A DNA stretch of 64,000 bases from Candidatus Culexmicrobium cathedralense (lineage in GTDB: Archaea; Thermoproteota; Methanomethylicia; Culexarchaeales; Culexmicrobiaceae), in NCBI GenBank assembly GCA_025061115.1, contig JANZKC010000003.1, positions 160,001-224,000 of the forward strand, written 5' to 3'. The translations under genes and the position numbers were made by a program. The notes below the pieces were generated by a model that searched no databases, was not told where the DNA came from, and saw only the letters and a program-made list of their open reading frames with translations. This document shows positions 30,917 through 41,279 of this stretch, one piece after another. Each line of letters opens with the position of its first letter. Within the stretch, counting starts at the first letter, position 1.

Positions 30917-31510
30917 TCATAAAGTTTTCTTTTTGAAGAGTAGACCTCCTCTGTAATACTTCGTAGCTGGGCATCCAAGACACTTCTCTTCAATATACCT
31001 TACACATGATGAACAATTCACATTGCATGGTGCTTTTTTCAAATTTCTGCCAGCTAAAAACACTCTTATTGGAAGATAAGGCGAATACTCAACCTCTCCG
31101 ACAGGATAATAGTTTATCCTCCTAACACCGGGAATCTTCCTGATCGAGCACTCCTCCGTAGATATTGACTCAAGAGTTTTCATATCTTCAGCTATCATTA
31201 AAGCAACCAAATTGAACTCACCAATAATAGTGAAAAATCTCACTATTCTTGGACATTCAGCAAATCTATGCAAAATTCTTCGAATAACATCACCACTTTC
31301 AGCCTCGATAAAAATAATGACTGGAATGCATTGAAACTTATCAACATTTACAAGAGCTGAGACTTTTACGAGTTTTTGTTTAAGAAGCTTGTCAAGCCTC
31401 TTTTTCACTCCCATACTAGTATATCCAATTTTTTCTGCCATTTCCTTCAAGGTTGCTCTTCCATCAGCCTGGAGCATACTAATGATTTCCCGGTCAATAA
31501 AGTCGATCAT
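30917..31510 (-). CDS. Lrp/AsnC-family regulator with Cys-rich C-terminal tail
   Basis: Start revised to MIDFIDREIISMLQADGR; HTH; IIGEFNL; tail CNVNCSSC...CLGCP. Confidence 0.85.
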   Translation of the reverse strand: MIDFIDREIISMLQADGRATLKEMAEKIGYTSMGVKKRLDKLLKQKLVKVSALVNVDKFQCIPVIIFIEAESGDVIRRILHRFAECPRIVRFFTIIGEFNLVALMIAEDMKTLESISTEECSIRKIPGVRRINYYPVGEVEYSPYLPIRVFLAGRNLKKAPCNVNCSSCVRYIEEKCLGCPATKYYRGGLLFKKKTL

Positions 31511-31573
31511 CAGTTTATAAAATAAACAAAAATAATTTATAAAAGTTTTGAAAATAGCCTGCAGGGTGATTAT

Positions 31574-32458
31574 TTGGAGGCGCATTGGATTTGGCTTATC
31601 GTCGCAGGAGCAACTGTAGGTTTAATTAGTAGTTATTTTGGTGTTGGAGCTTGCTTCATAATGGTTCCAGTAATGATATCAACATTAACAAGCATGTTCA
31701 AAGTGGATCCAAGTCTTGCTCCGCTAATTGCCTTCGGAAGTAACATGGCTATTGTAGTTCCAACGGCAATTAGCGGAGTACTAAAACATAAAAACGAATT
31801 AGCTAGAAAAGGAATGCCATTCCCACTAGAGCACTACCTAAAATTTGCAATTCCAGTTGGAGTAGGAAGCTTTTTGGGATCATTATTAGCATTTGTCTTC
31901 TTCACCACTCATAGAGCAATTGCAGGATTAATCCTAAAAGGATTATTTGGAATTACGTGCCTCATCGGCGCTTATAGGTTTATGAAAGCAAGAGCGAAAC
32001 CAATTAACGAACTAAAAGAGCCCTCAACCATTAAATACACTCTTGCTGGCTTGCTCTGTGGATGTTTAGCTCATTTCATGGGTATAGGTGGGGGATTAAT
32101 TTACATTCCAACGTTAAACGTCATACTCGAAATTCCAATTCACATTGCAGTCCCAATTTCAATAGCAACTATGGTTATTGGATCATCAATAGGCGCCCTA
32201 TCATTCGGGGTACTAGGCTATCTAGACCAGCTAAAGCATCCAGCTGAATATCCACCACTAACCTTCGGATGGTTTAACCTCCTCCTATTCATACTAATAG
32301 GAATTCCAAGCGTGATTTTTGCGCAGATAGGTCCAAAGCTAGCACATAAAACTCCACCTAAAAAATTGAAAATACTCTTAGCAATCCTGTACATTTACGT
32401 TGGACTCAGATTAACTATGAATAGCATAATGCAAATGACTAATTTAACTGAGAGGTGA
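31574..32458 (+). CDS. TauE/SafE (sulfite exporter-like) membrane protein
   Basis: Duplicated FGVGACFIMVP / MGIGGGLIYIP motifs; multiple TM helices. Confidence 0.85.
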   Translation: MEAHWIWLIVAGATVGLISSYFGVGACFIMVPVMISTLTSMFKVDPSLAPLIAFGSNMAIVVPTAISGVLKHKNELARKGMPFPLEHYLKFAIPVGVGSFLGSLLAFVFFTTHRAIAGLILKGLFGITCLIGAYRFMKARAKPINELKEPSTIKYTLAGLLCGCLAHFMGIGGGLIYIPTLNVILEIPIHIAVPISIATMVIGSSIGALSFGVLGYLDQLKHPAEYPPLTFGWFNLLLFILIGIPSVIFAQIGPKLAHKTPPKKLKILLAILYIYVGLRLTMNSIMQMTNLTER

Positions 32459-32480
32459 TATTTGTCTTTCGAAAAACACT

Positions 32481-33968
32481 TTACTTATTTTTTCGCCGCC
32501 ATTTTTTCCCAATTGGATAAGCATCATCGGGTACATTGTGATATTCCAGTGTAGTTAGGTCTGCTGGTCCTAGACCTGGGGAATCTATTGGGTAATCTAG
32601 TGCTACTATTTTATCCCAGAAAGCTCTATGATGAACTCTATCTTTTAGTACGATGATTGCTTTCTTTCTTGGATCTATGCCTAAAGCTATAAAGCCTTGA
32701 TCATCTAGGGGAGCTCTTAATGTCTGTGAAATAATTACGTGCCTATCTTCACCCATGTTTATAACTGCTATAAGCTCTTCCTGCACTTTTCTGCCTCGAC
32801 CCATGGGTCCAACTAGCGTATATTCAACAGGACCCAAGTATTCTAGTTTACCTTTAATCTCAATAGGTTCACCTGAAATCGGATGAGCCCATCCGCCAAT
32901 CTTAATTGTGACCTCATCTCCAACCTTATATGTCTCCTTTAATTTTTCTAAAGCAGTGGGATCGGCAATTCCTCCAATAACGAAACTTTTAGCGCCTTGC
33001 TCAATTAATTCCTTTAAAACATGCGTTCCATCACCAAGTCTATCACTATGCTCTGCAATTAATATGGGCTTTACACCCTTCCTTACTAAGCGTATAACTT
33101 CAGCTACACCCTCCTTTGGCTTTGGAAGCGGCTTAGTAAATTCGTATCGAAGACTCCAAATTAAGTTAGAAATATCCTGTGCAGCTTTCTCAGCCAATTC
33201 TCTATTACCATTGGTAACGACGAATACTGATGCACCAATATCAGGTACATCAGCGTAAGCATAGCCAGCTGCCACTGATGCGCAATAAACGCCCTTAGCC
33301 TCCCACTCTCTACACCTATCATACACGAGTTTCATTGGCGGACGATCAGTGGCTTGAAATATGCTTGCTGAAACTACACCTGGCTTTCTAAATGCCATTA
33401 CTGGCTTGAATTCACCCCTAATAGTCTTAATCATGCATCTAGCGGCAATCATTCCAATTTCCTCGGAATCAACATGTGGATAAGTCTTAAGTATGAATAC
33501 TGCATCAGCCACTTCAGCTAATTCGTGATCTTCATTAGCATGCAAATCAAGTGTAACCATAATTGGAATATTTCCAACAACATTTCTAACTCGCCTAACT
33601 ATTTCGGCTTCGGGTTTTGGAATTCCTTCAACAGCCATTGCACCATGAAGTGCAAGTAACACGCCATCAAAAGAACCTGCCTCTCTCATTCTATCCAAAA
33701 TTTCATTAGTTATCTTTTCAAACGCATCTCTAGTTATCCAACCGGTAAATCCTACAGCTTTAGTTCTGCCAGCAGCTAAAATACCTACTAACTTAGCATT
33801 TTCTTCTTCAGCGACTTTCATAAAACCCCTAATATAATTTGGAAAGCTTTGGAAGTGCTTGAAAATTTCATCGCCTCTTAAAATGTAATCTTCAAACAGG
33901 TCATACGTGGTTTTTTGTGGAACGAAAGTGCACGTTTCATGGGAAAAGCTAGCTACGGCAATTCTCAT
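32481..33968 (-). CDS. MlrC-family (M81) metallopeptidase
   Basis: HETCTF, LALHGAM, TLDLHAN, KTYPHVD. Confidence 0.9.
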   Translation of the reverse strand: MRIAVASFSHETCTFVPQKTTYDLFEDYILRGDEIFKHFQSFPNYIRGFMKVAEEENAKLVGILAAGRTKAVGFTGWITRDAFEKITNEILDRMREAGSFDGVLLALHGAMAVEGIPKPEAEIVRRVRNVVGNIPIMVTLDLHANEDHELAEVADAVFILKTYPHVDSEEIGMIAARCMIKTIRGEFKPVMAFRKPGVVSASIFQATDRPPMKLVYDRCREWEAKGVYCASVAAGYAYADVPDIGASVFVVTNGNRELAEKAAQDISNLIWSLRYEFTKPLPKPKEGVAEVIRLVRKGVKPILIAEHSDRLGDGTHVLKELIEQGAKSFVIGGIADPTALEKLKETYKVGDEVTIKIGGWAHPISGEPIEIKGKLEYLGPVEYTLVGPMGRGRKVQEELIAVINMGEDRHVIISQTLRAPLDDQGFIALGIDPRKKAIIVLKDRVHHRAFWDKIVALDYPIDSPGLGPADLTTLEYHNVPDDAYPIGKKWRRKNK

Positions 33969-34313
33969 GGCTCATCAATTTTAACTATAAATTTCAAAAT
34001 ACTATATAAGTAATGCTATTTGTTTGGGGATGGACATAATCGATTATTTTAATATTAATCGATACTTATCTTATCTAAATTAAATGAAAAATACTTAGAT
34101 GTAGATTATCTTAGTTGGTTAATCAAGATTAGAAATATTCAAAAGAAATGTGATGTCATTAACTTAAAATCATCTTCAATTTCTTGGCAATTTTAACCAT
34201 TAATCCATGATCGTGTGAGGTTAACGAAGCCATATTTAAAAATGAGCTTAATTATATCGATATTTATCAGCAATCCTAAACGATAAATTACCCAATCTAT
34301 CTTAAGTTAATCC

Positions 34314-35513
34314 ATGAAATCCAAGAAATATGATGGATATACGTCGTATCAATACTTGGAAGAAAGAGTTGACTTTAAGCCCTATATGCTAGTTAAGCAA
34401 ATTGGTAGAGTTCCATCCTCAACCATACCTCTAACTAAAAGTGAAGAGGAGCGAGTACAAGAAATACTTGAAAAGTACGTAGTAATTTCACTTCACGACC
34501 ACTTAGAAGTTTACCCTGAAGATCCAAGTCAAATACCAGATTATATCAAGCGAGGTAGAATGTGGATTGCCTATGAAGGATTAGCGGCTTCAGGTTTGGA
34601 TGGAGTTTTCGCAGGACTATATGATGGAGTAGGCTCAATTGAATCTAGAGATCCATGGGCGTGGGAAAACATAATTTATCAAATAGGAATGTTTCTGTCA
34701 GATCTCAAGCATCAGAATTTTGCTATTCTAGCTGAGAAAGTCGATGACATAATTAGGGCACATAATGAAGGTAGAGTTGCAGTAGTAATTCACCTTGAAG
34801 GAACTCCAAATATTGGGTCAAATCTAGATAAAATAGATGTGCTTTACGGCTTAGGAGTTAGATGTATGGGAATAACGTATAGTCAGGGGAATCATTTTGG
34901 ATCCGGCCTAGCAGATGAGAAGGATGTAGGATTAACAGATTTAGGCTATAAGCTCATTGACAGAATGAATAAACTTGGAATAGCAATTGATCTTGCACAT
35001 GCAAGTGACAAAACCTCGCTAGAAGTTATAGAGGCAAGCAGATACCCTGTATTCATAACACATGCTGGAGCAAGAGCTTTATGGCCAACGAGGAGAATGA
35101 AGCCAGACGAAGTAATCCAAGCACTGGCTGAAAAGGGAGGAGTAATTGGCGTAGAAGCAGCACCGCACACAACATTAACACTCAATAGGAGAAAGCATAC
35201 CATCGAGTCAGTTATGGAGCACTTCGAATACATTGCCAAGCTAGTCGGAATAGACTACGTAGCATTTGGGCCAGACACGATCTTTGGAGACCACGTAGCA
35301 ATACATCAAATATTCAGAGAGGAATTGGCAATAAGCAAAACCAAAGAAGGCATACCTCCATATGAAGAAGTGGATTACGTCGATGGACTCGAAAACCCAT
35401 CAGAATTCATCAACATAATTAGATGGCTAGTAAAGCACGGCTACTCAGATAATGAAATAGCTAAAGTCATCGGAGGAAACATCCTCAGAGTCCTAAATAA
35501 AACGTGGAAATAA
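34314..35513 (+). CDS. Membrane/renal dipeptidase family (M19)
   Basis: SLHDH, HLEG, IDLAHAS, ITHAGA, AFGPD, IGGNILRV. Confidence 0.9.
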   Translation: MKSKKYDGYTSYQYLEERVDFKPYMLVKQIGRVPSSTIPLTKSEEERVQEILEKYVVISLHDHLEVYPEDPSQIPDYIKRGRMWIAYEGLAASGLDGVFAGLYDGVGSIESRDPWAWENIIYQIGMFLSDLKHQNFAILAEKVDDIIRAHNEGRVAVVIHLEGTPNIGSNLDKIDVLYGLGVRCMGITYSQGNHFGSGLADEKDVGLTDLGYKLIDRMNKLGIAIDLAHASDKTSLEVIEASRYPVFITHAGARALWPTRRMKPDEVIQALAEKGGVIGVEAAPHTTLTLNRRKHTIESVMEHFEYIAKLVGIDYVAFGPDTIFGDHVAIHQIFREELAISKTKEGIPPYEEVDYVDGLENPSEFINIIRWLVKHGYSDNEIAKVIGGNILRVLNKTWK

Positions 35514-35570
35514 GCTCTAAAGCACAAGGCCGGGGCGACCCAAATTGAATAGCGTGCTCCAGCGAAACTC

Positions 35571-35674
35571 TCCGTCACAACCCGCGTTTCGACGGATAGG
35601 GGTTGCTATTCAGACGAAAATTAAATTTCTGACGGAGACCTTATATGGCGTATCCGACAAAATATTCTGACGGT
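35571..35674. other. res-like recombination site with three inverted-repeat subsites
   Basis: TCCGTC-N14-GACGGA (35571-35596), TCAGAC-N15-GACGGA (35610-35636), TCCGAC-N10-GACGGT (35653-35674), directly upstream of a serine resolvase. Confidence 0.6.
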
Positions 35675-35680
35675 GCAGCT

Positions 35681-36322
35681 ATGAGGGCAGTAATATATGC
35701 CAGAGTAAGCGTCCGTGGAGAAGACATAGAGAATCAAGTTAAAACCATAAGTGGCTGGGCTCAGCGCCACGGATACCAAATTGCTGCAGTATTCAAAGAC
35801 ATAGATGTGACTGGAGCCTCAAATCCACTAGAAAGGGAGGCATTCAAAGCATTAATGAAATTCTGCAAAGACAATGACGTCAAAACAATCCTGGTTTACG
35901 ACCTAAGTAGATTTGGAAGATCCCTACCAGAAGCAGTGGGAGCACTAAGAAAACTACTAGATGAAGGCTACACCGTAATTTTCACGCGATTCAACCTCAA
36001 AGCAGACTTAAACGATATTGCAGGCAAAGTAATGGTCTACACACTACTCATGGCAGCGGAACTAGAGAGAGACTTCATGCATATGAGATTAGAAGCAGCG
36101 AGAATGGCCGGTAAGAGAATTGGAAGAAAACCAGTTGAAATACCAGTTGACCTAGTTAAACAGCTATTGTCAAGAGGAAAAACAATAGCCGACATACACC
36201 GATACTTAATTTCGAAAGGCTACCTAAAATATAGGGAAAAAGGCAGGGAAAGAACGTTAAGCTACGAGAGGTTCCGGCGAAAATTAAAGAAACTTGGTAT
36301 TACTAGTGGTGGAAAATCGTGA
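35681..36322 (+). CDS. Serine recombinase (resolvase/invertase family)
   Basis: MRAVIYARVS, DLSRFGRS, AELERD, GRKP then C-terminal HTH; start revised to ATG 35681. Confidence 0.9.
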   Translation: MRAVIYARVSVRGEDIENQVKTISGWAQRHGYQIAAVFKDIDVTGASNPLEREAFKALMKFCKDNDVKTILVYDLSRFGRSLPEAVGALRKLLDEGYTVIFTRFNLKADLNDIAGKVMVYTLLMAAELERDFMHMRLEAARMAGKRIGRKPVEIPVDLVKQLLSRGKTIADIHRYLISKGYLKYREKGRERTLSYERFRRKLKKLGITSGGKS

Positions 36323-36512
36323 AGCAGCGTCTATCCTCATTTTGCAGTAATGGAATTTTTGCGTCAAAAAATTATTTGAAAGATAAAATAAATGTAATAC
36401 TTTGGTATTTTACTTGTCCCTCTAGCCTTTAAGCCTCATTTTCTTCTGCACACGTATAATGAAAAAGTGAGTAAAGTATCATAAATTTTATAAACTTAAA
36501 ATTAAATAACAC

Positions 36513-37364
36513 GTGATGGTGAAATCTTTGCAGCCACTACTGGCAACGGTACGCAGCCACCTCTCCCAAAAAGGCTACGACTTTCAGGAAAATGCAGAAC
36601 TGAGGGGCACAATAACTTGGAAGGTCGACTTCTACCTTCCAGATAATAAAACTGTAATAATGTGCCTCTCTTCCGCGGATGATTTCTACAAGTTAATGTT
36701 CATAGCCCAAGATTTAATGCAATTTAGCCCGATAACTTTTATTATAATCTCTCAAGCAAGAAGCTTTCCATACAAGTACTTACAAATAGCAAGAAATTAT
36801 GGCATTCCAATTTTGAATCGCCGTAATCTGAAATTAATCGATAAGGTGATTTCTGGAGATATTGACGTTGAAGAGATCAATGCTCAGCTTCAGACCGTTG
36901 AGAGAAGAGCTTCTCGAAAAGTTGCGGAAGAATGTAGAATGCGAATTTATGAAATGCTGAAAGTTCGCCCATTAACCGAAGATGAAATTGTAGAATCGTT
37001 AAGTACTGATTTTCCTGAAAGAACGATTAAGTGGTGCTTGCTGACTCTAAAGCGGCAAGGGAAAGTTAGGAGATTGGCTTCACTCAGCGGATCTAGAAAA
37101 GCTGTTTATGGAGTTAAAGAGGATCAGATTTTTCAAATACCTAGATACTATACGGTTGGAAAGGAGCTTCAGCGCAAAATTAACTCTCACCGAATAATTG
37201 AATTCCTGAATAAAGCTGGAAGAAAGGGGCTGACAATTACTGAAATTTCAAACTTAGCAGGACTTAAGATTTCTCAAGTTGTCGCATACCTAAGATTTTT
37301 AGAGAATAGAGGCCTAGTGAAAAGGCTAAAAGACAAAAGGAAAATTAGATGGAAAACGTTATGA
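36513..37364 (+). CDS. Degenerate restriction-endonuclease-like N-domain + two winged-HTH domains
   Basis: KGYDFQENAELRG...KVDFYLP...IMC (REase-like, lacks ExK); two wHTH-like segments (LTEDEIVESL...LKRQGKV; LTITEISNLAGL...LENRGLV). Confidence 0.5.
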   Translation: MMVKSLQPLLATVRSHLSQKGYDFQENAELRGTITWKVDFYLPDNKTVIMCLSSADDFYKLMFIAQDLMQFSPITFIIISQARSFPYKYLQIARNYGIPILNRRNLKLIDKVISGDIDVEEINAQLQTVERRASRKVAEECRMRIYEMLKVRPLTEDEIVESLSTDFPERTIKWCLLTLKRQGKVRRLASLSGSRKAVYGVKEDQIFQIPRYYTVGKELQRKINSHRIIEFLNKAGRKGLTITEISNLAGLKISQVVAYLRFLENRGLVKRLKDKRKIRWKTL

Positions 37365-37597
37365 TCGAACCCCATAAATGTATGTAAACGTTGAAAAAAG
37401 ACTTAACAGATCCTGCGGCTCATGGATCACCAGATACGCATAAAATAATACTGGAATTATGTAAAAAGCCGAAATTAACTTAAAGAGAATAGTACGGTTG
37501 AGTTGTGCTGGAGGACGAGAAACTTCTGGAAATGTTTCGGTCTGCTTACGAATATTCTTGGGTAAAATCGGCATTTAAGAGTTAGTTCAAGAGATTG

Positions 37598-38167
37598 CTA
37601 AACATCAGCCGAGTTCATTGCATCATTGCTATAATGATTTTTGCTCTTCAACAATCTATCTCTTATAGCTGTAATTGAGAGCACTATAACTCCAATTATG
37701 ATTAGCATCATCCCATGCTTTGCCCTACTCCAATCAACCCCAATTAGCGATAGCTCTACTACACAGTTTTTGAAAATCGTGAAATTTATGAATTCCACTA
37801 CATAAAGCCCTGGTTCATCCAAGTGAAAAGTAAATCCAACTTCTTTTTCACCTCTCTCAAGAATTAGCTTTTCATTAACATCATATATAGGCTCTTCACC
37901 GTTCAACACGTAATTTAAGTAGCAATCTAAGCGTGAAATTTTAATTATTACGATTTCAGTGCTATTTCTTACGTTTCCATTTGATCTAGCTATTTTCACA
38001 TAATAGGTTGCTTCATCAAAAACTTCACATACTGGTCCCGTGAATGGTGAACTTTTAACGTCAAATGTCCTATTAGAGTAATGACTGCTATTCACTAGCA
38101 TGCAAAGCCCGATGAGAATTAACATTACAGAAATCCTATAGTAGACCTTCAAGATTTCACCTCTCAA
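37598..38167 (-). CDS. Membrane protein, two TM helices flanking an extracellular domain
   Basis: Hydrophobic N- and C-terminal helices; overlaps the permease stop. Confidence 0.65.
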   Translation of the reverse strand: MRGEILKVYYRISVMLILIGLCMLVNSSHYSNRTFDVKSSPFTGPVCEVFDEATYYVKIARSNGNVRNSTEIVIIKISRLDCYLNYVLNGEEPIYDVNEKLILERGEKEVGFTFHLDEPGLYVVEFINFTIFKNCVVELSLIGVDWSRAKHGMMLIIIGVIVLSITAIRDRLLKSKNHYSNDAMNSADV

Positions 38168-38984
38168 AACTCATATGCTTACACATTAGGAAGCTAATGA
38201 CCGTTATTGCCGAAATTAATAGAGCTGATAATGAGATCGTATTGAAGACTTGGAGAGCATCAAGCACAATGAAGGGTTCAGTTAGCGGATGTATTCGCTT
38301 CCATCCAAAAAGTAATGCTAAAACCAGCCAAGTAAGCTTAGGCGGCAACATGTAAGAAATGGGGTCAGGTAGATGACCTAGCTCTGCCAAAACTCTGAAA
38401 GCCATCCAGAAAATCACAGAGGTAATGGAGGATAATATCCATTTTTCTTTAAATAGAATGGAGATAACTGATGATATAGCAATTATGTAGTAGGTTTGCA
38501 CTAAAAGCGATACCAGTAACAATGGTAGATTAATTAATGAAAATGCATAGTATGAAAGTTCGAGATAAAAGTTTAAAGCTAAAGGCAATGCTAAAATAGT
38601 AAAGTTAACAATTGTGTGAAGCAAAATCTTCGAAGCTAGCAACTCCATTCGACTTACAGAGCTACTTAAAATAATCTCAAATTCGCCCCTTTCTATAGCC
38701 GCCGAAATCCTATAGCCAATTATTAAAGGGATGTATATGGTTGAAACTGCAAAGTTATAGCCTATCATTAAGAATATGAAGAATTGCATTGCCCTCTCCA
38801 ATGATGAATTAATTCTCTGCAAAAACAATATGGTATTATGGTTACTTGGAATTGAAAAAGTAAAATCAAATTGTATTTGCAGTAAAAAGTACATTGACAT
38901 GAAAATGAGGGCTTCCATCACTGGAAAGCGATATGTCTCTTTAAATTCAATACTCATTAGATCAATTATGTTTTTAAATTTCAT
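38157..38984 (-). CDS. ABC-2 type exporter permease
   Basis: ERGEFEIILSSSVSRMELLASK motif; about 6 TM helices. Confidence 0.82.
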   Translation of the reverse strand: MKFKNIIDLMSIEFKETYRFPVMEALIFMSMYFLLQIQFDFTFSIPSNHNTILFLQRINSSLERAMQFFIFLMIGYNFAVSTIYIPLIIGYRISAAIERGEFEIILSSSVSRMELLASKILLHTIVNFTILALPLALNFYLELSYYAFSLINLPLLLVSLLVQTYYIIAISSVISILFKEKWILSSITSVIFWMAFRVLAELGHLPDPISYMLPPKLTWLVLALLFGWKRIHPLTEPFIVLDALQVFNTISLSALLISAITVISFLMCKHMSFER

Positions 38985-38988
38985 ATTA

Positions 38989-39909
38989 TCACGTCTCCAG
39001 AACCTTCTTAATTAGAAGTTCTAAATTACCGCCATAACTTGATTCATGAATCGTGTCAAGAAGTTTCTTAAATCTACTTTTACTAATCCACTCAAAGAAT
39101 CCTTCCCTATCATTAGTTACAACAATTACTGTGTCATTTTTCATAACTTCAATTTTATCAATAAAACTTAATTTTTTCAATTGATCTATTAAGTCGCTTT
39201 CTGCACTCTTTATCGCGAACTTTTTAGTCGTCAAACCATGTTTTTCATAAAGATCAGCTAATTTACCATATTCAATGAGCATGCCGTTACTCATTATCGC
39301 AACGGTGTCACACACCCTCTCCAATTCGTAGAGGATGTGTGAAGAGAGAAGTATATTTATACCGAATGCACCATGCAATTCCTTCAATTTCTCGAGCATT
39401 ATAGCCCGGCCATTAATATCCAGATTTGCTGTTGGCTCGTCGAGAATTAAGAGCTCAGGATGACCAATTAAGGCGCATGCTAATGCAAATCTCCTACGCA
39501 TTCCCATGGAAAGTTTACCAATACATCTATCAGCATGTTCATAGAGATTCACAAATTTAAGCCAAAATTTAACTTCTTCATTAACTCCGCTAACGTTTTT
39601 AGCTTTAGCTACAAAGCTTAAATAATCAATGCATGAAACATGCTTCGGGTATGAAAGGTTCTCCGGCATGTATCCAACAAGCCTAGCTATTTTGCTACTT
39701 TCTTTCCACGAATTGAAACCGAGGACGAAGGAGCACCCAATTGTTGGCTTTATAAAGCCCATCAATATTTTGATTAAAGTAGTTTTACCAGAACCATTTG
39801 GACCTATTAAGCCTAGAATTCCTTTCTTAAAGGTAAAGGATACATTTGATAAAGCTGATATTTTCCCAAACTTCTTGGTTACATTTTTAACTTCTATTAC
39901 CTCTCTCAA
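38989..39909 (-). CDS. ABC exporter ATP-binding subunit
   Basis: GPNGSGKTT, LSMGMRRR, LILDEPT, SSHIL. Confidence 0.93.
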   Translation of the reverse strand: MREVIEVKNVTKKFGKISALSNVSFTFKKGILGLIGPNGSGKTTLIKILMGFIKPTIGCSFVLGFNSWKESSKIARLVGYMPENLSYPKHVSCIDYLSFVAKAKNVSGVNEEVKFWLKFVNLYEHADRCIGKLSMGMRRRFALACALIGHPELLILDEPTANLDINGRAIMLEKLKELHGAFGINILLSSHILYELERVCDTVAIMSNGMLIEYGKLADLYEKHGLTTKKFAIKSAESDLIDQLKKLSFIDKIEVMKNDTVIVVTNDREGFFEWISKSRFKKLLDTIHESSYGGNLELLIKKVLET

Positions 39910-40668
39910 TTATTTAGTCCCCCTAAATAATTTTTTATAAATAAGAGCAAATAAAATAATTGATGCAATAAGTATGATTATTAATATTAGCATTAAGTTT
40001 AAAGGATTGAGGGGCGTGGATAATATTGGTTGAGCATTCCCATAAAGCGAGAAGCCCAAATCAAGATTAGCAATCATGAATATCCCAACTGAATATAGAA
40101 GTGCATCAACGATGAAGCCCTCCATGTAAAGAACAAGTAAAGATTTAGAATCATAATAGTAGTTGAATGCTAATTGTCCCCTTTCAACCTCAAAAGCTGA
40201 GGAGATCATCAGGCCGCAAATATCTGTTTTATTTACAACTAACCTTACATCATCCACTACTCTCCCTACAAATTTGTATTTTTCAAAGTAAGTTACAATA
40301 AAACTCTTATTTTCAATATCATTTCGAGTTAAATAAAAACCAGTTATCCCTATCATCTCACCATTTAGCTTATAAACTTCTCTTGTTTTAATGTTTAAAA
40401 GCACTGATGTGCTGTTAGCATAAATGATTTTTGACGAGTTATAGATTTCAACACTCAAATTCAAAACATAAAACGTATTATTAAGCTTCTTCGGAGTTAT
40501 GACAAATAGTATTTTAAGCAGTGCTTCTTTTGATGCTAATTCTGGTCCTCCAGAACAATATAAGTAGATGCCATATGCTTGTCCTTTATAAATTAGTCGA
40601 GCATTTAATGGTCTTAATGGTAGGGGCGATGTTATTAGAAAAAATAGGAGAAGTAACTGCACAAACAT
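39910..40668 (-). CDS. Secreted, C-terminally membrane-anchored protein
   Basis: N-terminal hydrophobic signal, several N-x-S/T sequons, C-terminal TM helix plus basic tail. Confidence 0.65.
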   Translation of the reverse strand: MFVQLLLLFFLITSPLPLRPLNARLIYKGQAYGIYLYCSGGPELASKEALLKILFVITPKKLNNTFYVLNLSVEIYNSSKIIYANSTSVLLNIKTREVYKLNGEMIGITGFYLTRNDIENKSFIVTYFEKYKFVGRVVDDVRLVVNKTDICGLMISSAFEVERGQLAFNYYYDSKSLLVLYMEGFIVDALLYSVGIFMIANLDLGFSLYGNAQPILSTPLNPLNLMLILIIILIASIILFALIYKKLFRGTK

Positions 40669-40692
40669 GTAGTAGACCTCGCTCTTGCTTTG

Positions 40693-41121
40693 CTAGTCAT
40701 ATGTGGCCTTCGTTATTGCTTTAGCATATGCCCACCATTCATTTCCGAGAGCTACATTTCTAAACTTTGCAGAACGCCATGAATACGCCAATGTTGTACC
40801 CATGTAATGTCCTTGATTACCTTCATCGACCACAGCGATACCATAACATGCCCACACTCCAGTATCCCAGTCGTGAAAGTCATATGAATCATCATTGCCT
40901 TCTTCGACAGCACATATGTACGCTTTGACTCCCCAACTGAAAATAATGCAATATCCCCAGTCATGAACTTCCCATTCATCAATTTCTGGATCTGGATTGC
41001 TATCTCCAGAGCTTGTGACAGCAATTGTCTCAATTACATTAACTAGAGCTAATAAGGTTATAAGCACCAATATGCTGATGATATGTCTTCTCTTTACAAC
41101 ATTTCCCATTATTATCACCAA
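40693..41121 (-). CDS. Small secreted protein (archaeocin-like candidate)
   Basis: KRR plus hydrophobic signal peptide; acidic spacer; Trp/Tyr/Cys/Gly-rich mature region; first gene of the ABC cassette. Confidence 0.55.
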   Translation of the reverse strand: MVIIMGNVVKRRHIISILVLITLLALVNVIETIAVTSSGDSNPDPEIDEWEVHDWGYCIIFSWGVKAYICAVEEGNDDSYDFHDWDTGVWACYGIAVVDEGNQGHYMGTTLAYSWRSAKFRNVALGNEWWAYAKAITKATYD

Positions 41122-41279
41122 ATATTCTTTTATTTTTCTAATATATATTGAAAAATTTGGCCCAATTGCATGAATTAATAATTAATAGAAAATGAAAGAT
41201 CATTAAAGCTGGAAATAAAGCGTCTGGCATCATTGTAGAGTTTTGAGATGACACCTAGCTGCCTTTCAATTGCTAATAT

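Noticed and set aside
35525-35556. GC-rich stretch as a tRNA 3' remnant marking the island edge
   Set aside because: T-arm geometry does not fit and no matching direct repeat was found
35681-36322. IS607-family transposase (also 56575-57282)
   Set aside because: The catalytic domain is N-terminal with no preceding HTH, and no tnpB is adjacent
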